A DNA stretch of 64,000 nucleotides from NCBI GenBank assembly GCA_021161825.1, contig JAGGZW010000130.1, positions 1,503 through 65,502 of the forward strand, written 5' to 3'. Each line of letters starts with the position of its first letter. Positions within the stretch are counted from its first letter, which is position 1. The notes beneath the pieces were generated by a model, which saw nothing but the letters and a program-made list of their open reading frames with translations, did no database searches and had not been told where the DNA came from. A program made the translations under genes and the position numbers. The DNA is from Thermoproteales archaeon. Its GTDB lineage: Archaea > Thermoproteota > Thermoprotei > Thermofilales > B69-G16. Shown piece after piece: positions 59,288 to 64,000 of the stretch.

Positions 59288-60706
59288 TTACTCGTTTAGA
59301 ATACAAGTAATTAAGTTTTCAATATTCGCCCAAGATTTTTCATCGTCGATACGTGATTTTATGTAATTTATCTTGCTCATTATAAGCTTATAAAAATCGC
59401 TGGTTATCATTTTTCTATTTAGCATTTCTTCTAATTCTTTTTGATCAATTATTTTCGCTTTTCCACTTGCTTCTGCAACAACATCGATTCCTAAGTCTAC
59501 ATACCAATAAATGCCTGAAGACTTCCTTTCAATTGGTAAATTTACGTTAACATACATTCCTTTTAAATCTCCCCTACAACTGTAATATACGTGTGGCAGG
59601 AAAATAGAGCCGACTTTAATATAGGAAAAAATAATATCTCCTTTTCTTTTTTCAATGCCTAAACCGTCATATAAGCCATTAGAACGGACTTCTCGTCTTA
59701 TTTTAAGATACTGATCATTTTTCAGCACAATTTCACCATGTATTCTTATAATATTCCCGTTTACCCGTTCGTGCTCTAATATAATTTTATTTTCCACTGT
59801 GCTGTGTAATCTATTCCATGCTCTACTCTCGACACGAGATTTGTCGCAACAGTCAAGAACATACTCTAACCAATCAAAAACATCTGAACTTATATCTTGT
59901 AATGATTTAAAGTAATGATGCCCCTTTAACGTACTAACTATTTCATTCCTAATTCCATCAAGTTTAAGTTTATCTTCGAGTGAGAAAATGATTTCGAAAA
60001 TTGCATCACCTTTGGACACGAAACATGGCGGTTCGTCTTCTAGCTTGGCAATTTTTAAAGCTTTCCTTTTTAAACTTTCGAGTTCGGCAATGATATCCTC
60101 GAATTTGCCAAAGTTTGCGTTGCTTCTCCAACGTATCCCCCAGTTTTCCAATTTTAAGAATGCACTAAGCGTCATCAACTCTTTTCTTCTATTCTTGTTT
60201 TTTATATGTCTGCTAAAGGTGACTCTACCGTATTGTATTAGTCTTGCATATTTTCCTGAAACAGCTATTCCATATCTCAATAATGGAGGCTCGGATAAAA
60301 ATGGTTTTTTTACATGTACAAATACGATATCTCCTTCCCTTAACTTACCATTATATTCTAGAAAACCATAACCTCCTGGAATTTCAACAATCCATAAACC
60401 CCTTTCCTTTCTAAGTATTTTTCCTTTAAAACAATCATATATTCCATAGGAGTATTCTTTGAAGATACTACACGTAAAGGCTTTTTTAAAAATAGAAGCT
60501 AATTTTTTTACAGTTTCTTTATCTCCAATGATTACTATACCCTTTTTATCCTCTCTATCTTTTACAGTTACATCTGCTGGTATAGTTTCTCTTTTAAGAG
60601 AAAATCTTTTGGCAACTATCTCGCCTGGTTGAGTAATATTAAAACCGTTAGAAAGAAAAAGGTTAGTTAGTGCCGTGGCATATATGCCGCGTACTCTAAT
60701 AAACAT
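59288..60706 (-). CDS. FAU-1 / RNase E-G-like RNA-binding protein
   Basis: MFIRVRGIYATALTNLFLSNGFNITQP matches the conserved FAU-1 N-terminus. ~470 aa with a DUF402-like C-terminal half. Confidence 0.7.
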   Translation of the reverse strand: MFIRVRGIYATALTNLFLSNGFNITQPGEIVAKRFSLKRETIPADVTVKDREDKKGIVIIGDKETVKKLASIFKKAFTCSIFKEYSYGIYDCFKGKILRKERGLWIVEIPGGYGFLEYNGKLREGDIVFVHVKKPFLSEPPLLRYGIAVSGKYARLIQYGRVTFSRHIKNKNRRKELMTLSAFLKLENWGIRWRSNANFGKFEDIIAELESLKRKALKIAKLEDEPPCFVSKGDAIFEIIFSLEDKLKLDGIRNEIVSTLKGHHYFKSLQDISSDVFDWLEYVLDCCDKSRVESRAWNRLHSTVENKIILEHERVNGNIIRIHGEIVLKNDQYLKIRREVRSNGLYDGLGIEKRKGDIIFSYIKVGSIFLPHVYYSCRGDLKGMYVNVNLPIERKSSGIYWYVDLGIDVVAEASGKAKIIDQKELEEMLNRKMITSDFYKLIMSKINYIKSRIDDEKSWANIENLITCILNE

Positions 60707-60722
60707 TTATTATTCCCTAATT

Positions 60723-60983
60723 CTAATCTCTGACCTGTTCCAGTAGACTTATCGCTTGCCATATAGCAGTTCGCGCGAAAAGGGGCATATTAGGATCTTG
60801 GGATACTTCATCTAAAACGCTTATAGCATTTGCTGCTCTTAGCCCCATAGATAATTCTTTTCTCTGTAGAATTTTTATTGCTTCGCTAGCTGCACGTCTA
60901 ATGTTACGAGGAACCCCTGGGTCTTCGGCGACTCTCTGCAGAAGGATACTAGCTTGCTTGAACTGCTCAACTTCTTCACCCAT
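60723..60983 (-). CDS. UPF0147 family protein
   Basis: VPRNIRRAASEA and DPNMPLFARTAIWQ are the two repeated helical motifs of UPF0147. Confidence 0.7.
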   Translation of the reverse strand: MGEEVEQFKQASILLQRVAEDPGVPRNIRRAASEAIKILQRKELSMGLRAANAISVLDEVSQDPNMPLFARTAIWQAISLLEQVRD

Positions 60984-61009
60984 TCACATCACCCCTTTTT
61001 GGGGGCTAA

Positions 61010-61504
61010 GTGATTTACAATACGAGAAATTTAAATTTTATCCTAAAATATAGGAGTATACTGATTAGCGTGATCATTCGGAAAGCAGATAAAAAAGACT
61101 TAAATGAAATATTTAAGATAGAAGTTTCGTCATTTAAAAATCCGTATCCTCGGCAATATTTAGAATTTTTAATGATAATAACTCCTGACTTTTTTCTAGT
61201 GGCAGAAGAAAACAATGAGATAATTGGCTATGTAGTCGGCATTATAAGAAAAAACAAAACTGGCCACATAGTATCTATAGCAGTTTCGCCGAAACATAGA
61301 AGAAAAAAGGTGGGTCAAAAGCTACTAGATGCTATACTTACAAAGTTTAAAAAACGAAAATTAATAAGAGTAAAGTTAGAGGTAAAAACTACTAATATCC
61401 CAGCTATCAGCCTCTATCTAAAAAACGGTTTCCAAATTGTAAAAAGAATAAAAGAGTATTATCCGAATGGGGAAGATTGCTATGTTATGGAAAAAGATTT
61501 ATAA
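61010..61504 (+). CDS. rimI: GNAT N-acetyltransferase (RimI/Ard1-type)
   Basis: GHIVSIAVSPKHRRKKVGQKLL (acetyl-CoA site) and YYPNGEDCYVMEK tail. An alternative GTG start at 61070 gives a more typical ~145 aa. Confidence 0.8.
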   Translation: MIYNTRNLNFILKYRSILISVIIRKADKKDLNEIFKIEVSSFKNPYPRQYLEFLMIITPDFFLVAEENNEIIGYVVGIIRKNKTGHIVSIAVSPKHRRKKVGQKLLDAILTKFKKRKLIRVKLEVKTTNIPAISLYLKNGFQIVKRIKEYYPNGEDCYVMEKDL

Positions 61505-61513
61505 AATTTAATA

Positions 61514-61605
61514 CGCCCCGGCCGGGATTTGAACCCGGGTTCTGGCGGGATCTGCGCTTAAAGCTTGACAGCCGCCCATACTCGACCTGGCTATACGACC
61601 GGGGC
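61514..61605 (-). tRNA. tRNA-Asp(GUC) with ~16-nt intron
   Basis: GCCCCGG-TC-GTAT..GTAT-G-GGCGG-CTGTCA[AGCTTTAAGCGCAGAT]C-CCGCC-AGAAC-CCGGG-TTCAAAT-CCCGG-CCGGGGC-G. Lies ~90 nt downstream of the 23S 3' region on the same strand. Confidence 0.85.
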
Positions 61606-62058
61606 GTAGAGTAGGTTAAAGAACCTACAAAAAACACAAAGTCCACAAATTTAAGTTTTTCTGCCAAAATTAGCGTTAATTAAATAGAGAAGCCGTATAC
61701 AGCCCATGCACGCATACGCCCAAGTCCACACCCAGCAAACACAACACCTCGGGCTATTGGGAGTGGCCAGCTCACGCCTCGGCCGAAGCCTCGGCGCTTA
61801 CACCGCCACCCCATCAACCCTGTCTTCTACAGGTGCCCTCGTCCCGGTCCCGGAGAGTCGTCGCCGACCCCCAACGGACCGGGAATGGCCGCCTCGTCTC
61901 GGGGAGGGCTTCGGGCTTAGATGCCTTCAGCCCTTATCCCTTACGGCGTGGCTGCCCGGCGCTGCCCTGCCGGACAACCGGTAGACTAGAGGCCGCGGCC
62001 CGCCGTTCCTCTCGTACTGAGCGGACCTTCCCCTCAGGCGGCCAACACCCCCGACAGG

Positions 62059-62093
<35 letters not shown>

Positions 62094-62127
62094 TCTCACG
62101 TTCCCCTTTAATGGGCGGGCAGCCCCA

Positions 62128-62816
62128 TTCAAGGGGGAGAGCCGTGGCCGGATAAGTGTTTAACCAGGCTTACATCGTAATTTAAGGAAATTATATTTTT
62201 CAACAATCTTGGGGTGAATGGGGTTGAATATCTGAATGAATTTTTCGATGTTTTCCCATCCTCTTATCCTTACCTTATATATTGTTTTTCTATTCCCTTT
62301 TCCTAGATGTTTTGTTACTGTAACGTTTACTCCTTTTCTCTTGATGTATTCCGCAATGCTGTAAATGAGTTCTTTGTTTGTGTTCGCTACTTCCAAGACT
62401 ATTCTGCATTTTTTATCTATATATACCGTTCCTTCAGCATCTGTCAGTCCTGTTACAAAGCTTTTAACTGGTTTTCTTTGTCTAATCTTTATTCTTTTCT
62501 GAATTTCCTCGTATAGGGATTTAGATGTTACTTGTAATCGGTAATAGTTCTTCTTTTTACGATAGATATGAGCATTTATCTTGAATATCTTTTGTATTAT
62601 TGTTTTCAGTTCTTTAAGGTATTCATAGCTATTGTCGTATATGTAGATGTAGTGAGTGTTTCCTTGTCTATAGAGTGTTCCATCCCCTATTATTACTCCT
62701 GCTAAGTAGTTGTAGGTTGTTCTTATCCTACACATATTCACCCCTATTAGAGTAAGCAAACGTATTTAATGCAGTTCATATGTGATCGTGATAACTTTCG
62801 GCCACGGCTCTCCCCA
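62128..62816 (-). mobile_element. archaeal (BHB-spliced) rRNA intron, 689 nt, encoding a LAGLIDADG endonuclease
   Basis: Outer helix GCAGCCCC/GGGGCTGC, central 4-bp helix CAAG/CTTG, and 3-nt bulges GGT and AAT. A 17-bp inner helix is GGGGAGAGCCGTGGCCG/CGGCCACGGCTCTCCCC. The joined exons read CAAGGG|TGGGGCTGCCCGCCCATTAAAGG, colinear with bacterial CAAGGGTATGGCTGTTCGCCATTTAAAG. Boundaries +/- 2 nt. Confidence 0.85.
62160..62759 (-). CDS. double-motif LAGLIDADG homing endonuclease (I-DmoI-like architecture)
   Basis: Two dodecapeptide motifs, YLAGVIIGDGTLY and FVTGLTDAEGTVY, about 95 aa apart. TTG at 62759 or ATG at 62735. Entirely inside the intron. Confidence 0.85.
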   Translation of the reverse strand: MLTLIGVNMCRIRTTYNYLAGVIIGDGTLYRQGNTHYIYIYDNSYEYLKELKTIIQKIFKINAHIYRKKKNYYRLQVTSKSLYEEIQKRIKIRQRKPVKSFVTGLTDAEGTVYIDKKCRIVLEVANTNKELIYSIAEYIKRKGVNVTVTKHLGKGNRKTIYKVRIRGWENIEKFIQIFNPIHPKIVEKYNFLKLRCKPG

Positions 62817-62865
62817 CCCTTGGGGGCTGCTGCACCCCCAGGATGGGAAGAGCCGACATCGATGT

Positions 62866-62906
<41 letters not shown>

Positions 62907-63428
62907 TCTGTTATCCCCGGGGTAACTTTTCTGTCATGCCCGGCCCCCACCGGAGGGGGCACGAGCGTTCGCTAGGCCGCGGTTTCCCGGCCGGACCCGT
63001 TATGTTCCGGGGTCCGGTCAAGCCGGCTTTTGCCCTTGCACTCTACGGCGGAGCTCTGACCCGCCTGAGCCGACCTTTGGGCGCCCGTGTTACCTTTTCG
63101 CGGGCGTGCCGCCCCAGCCAAACCGCCCACCTGACGCTGTCCCCCCGGGTTCTCCCCGGGGGTAAGGCCTCCGGGCTGCGGTGAGTGGTGTTTCATTGGC
63201 GCCTCCCCCACCCCCGGAGGGGTGGGTTCACTGGCTCCCACCTACGCTACGCACCGCAGCCCGGAGGCCAACGCCAGGCTGCGGTAAAGCTCCACGGGGT
63301 CTTATCGCCCTGCGGGGGGTTGCCGGCCTGTGCACCGGCTCCGTGTATTCACGGGGCCCCGGGCCAGGACAGTGGGGACCTCGTTGATCCATTCATGCGC
63401 GCCGGAACTCACCCGGCAAGGCATTTGG

Positions 63429-63938
63429 CTACCTTTCTCCCGGGAGGTCCCGCCGCCTGGCGATATGTGAATTAATAATTGTGATTATTTCTTCAAGACT
63501 CCTTTTTCTACGAGCTTTTGAGCTGAGGCTTGATAATTCATATGCTTTAGAAACCAGTTCTTTGAGTTTAATATGGTTTTTATGTAGCCCTTTACTGAGT
63601 GAAAGAACTATTTCTCTGAACATTAGGTATTGTTCTTTCTTTATACTTAGCAGCTCTATATAATTATCAAGGAACGGAATTAATTTCTCGGTGAGTTCAG
63701 CCATATTATCTATTATGAGTAAGTATAGGTGTTTTTGTCCAGACTTCCTGATTATTCTTCCTGCATTGATTATTTTGCTTATTAGTTCTAATGGTTCCTT
63801 TTTTGCTTGTGTAATGCTGAATACTGGGTCTAGCCTTACTCCGTATGCTAGGTCTTTTTGAATTTTTATACTTACTGAGAAACTGGCTTCTGCATCTATG
63901 AATCCCAACACATAACCAATTATTAGGTCTTTGTTCAT
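63429..63938 (-). CDS. single-motif LAGLIDADG homing endonuclease (homodimer type)
   Basis: N-terminal IIGYVLGFIDAEASFSV is the only dodecapeptide motif. 169 aa. The last sense codon and the TAG stop use the downstream exon bases GGTAG. Confidence 0.8.
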   Translation of the reverse strand: MNKDLIIGYVLGFIDAEASFSVSIKIQKDLAYGVRLDPVFSITQAKKEPLELISKIINAGRIIRKSGQKHLYLLIIDNMAELTEKLIPFLDNYIELLSIKKEQYLMFREIVLSLSKGLHKNHIKLKELVSKAYELSSLSSKARRKRSLEEIITIINSHIARRRDLPGER

Positions 63939-64000
63939 TTCCTAACCCCTGGCTACCAATTTACAGCCAGGAGCTAATAAGCTTTACTTTTAGCCAGGCG
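63434..64000 (-). mobile_element. second archaeal rRNA intron (5' boundary beyond the window end)
   Basis: AT-rich ORF-bearing insert ending ...CCCGGGAGAAA immediately before the exon GGTAGCCAAATGCC. The universally conserved upstream exon block (..ACTCTCTTAA) is absent from the window, so the 5' junction lies past 64000. Confidence 0.7.

Noticed and set aside
63455-64000. Using the 8-bp complementarity CGCCTGGC (63993-64000, minus sense) / GCCAGGCG (63455-63462) as the intron-B splice junction
   Set aside because: It would leave GGGACCTCCCGGGAGA as exon in place of the universally conserved ..ACTATGAC.CTCTTAA block. It is more likely an intron-internal helix. The true 5' junction is beyond the window.

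Overview
AT-rich archaeal chromosomal segment in which every stable RNA gene stands out as a sharp GC-rich island, the usual signature of a hyperthermophile. The gene content points to a TACK/Thermoproteota-type archaeon: Elf1, an Rpo8-like subunit, aDim2-Rio1-aIF1A, DnaG, Csl4-RpoL, TiaS, arcTGT and intron-rich tRNAs. About 60 tightly packed CDS are present, almost all housekeeping: six translation-related synthetases and factors, ribosome biogenesis, tRNA modification, lipid and central metabolism. Several convergent gene pairs overlap at their 3' ends. The RNA complement is the unusual part. It includes 11 tRNA genes, 9 of them with introns: two tRNA-Arg genes carry two introns each, tRNA-Thr has a variable-loop intron, and there are four near-identical tRNA-Leu isoacceptor genes. 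It also includes a type-A RNase P RNA directly downstream of a tRNA-Leu. The 3' ~2.3 kb of a 23S rRNA gene (minus strand, truncated by the window end) is interrupted by two LAGLIDADG-ORF introns, with a third classical homing site left empty. I also call one well-formed C/D box sRNA, one good H/ACA sRNA candidate whose pocket matches the 23S peptidyl-transferase region encoded in this window, and two further structured-RNA candidates. A 59-aa Sec61beta gene is missing from the ORF track. I found no CRISPR array, integrase, transposase or recognisable defence island. The only mobile elements are the rRNA introns. The protein-level oddities are an RNase III-like mini-protein in the Csl4-RpoL cluster, a radical SAM enzyme with unusual Cys spacing plus an HhH tail, a Cys-rich mini-protein beside a KaiC-like/HTH pair, and a multi-OB RPA-like protein next to a SWIM protein. 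These are hypotheses from motif reading only. All family assignments are by eye, without database searches.
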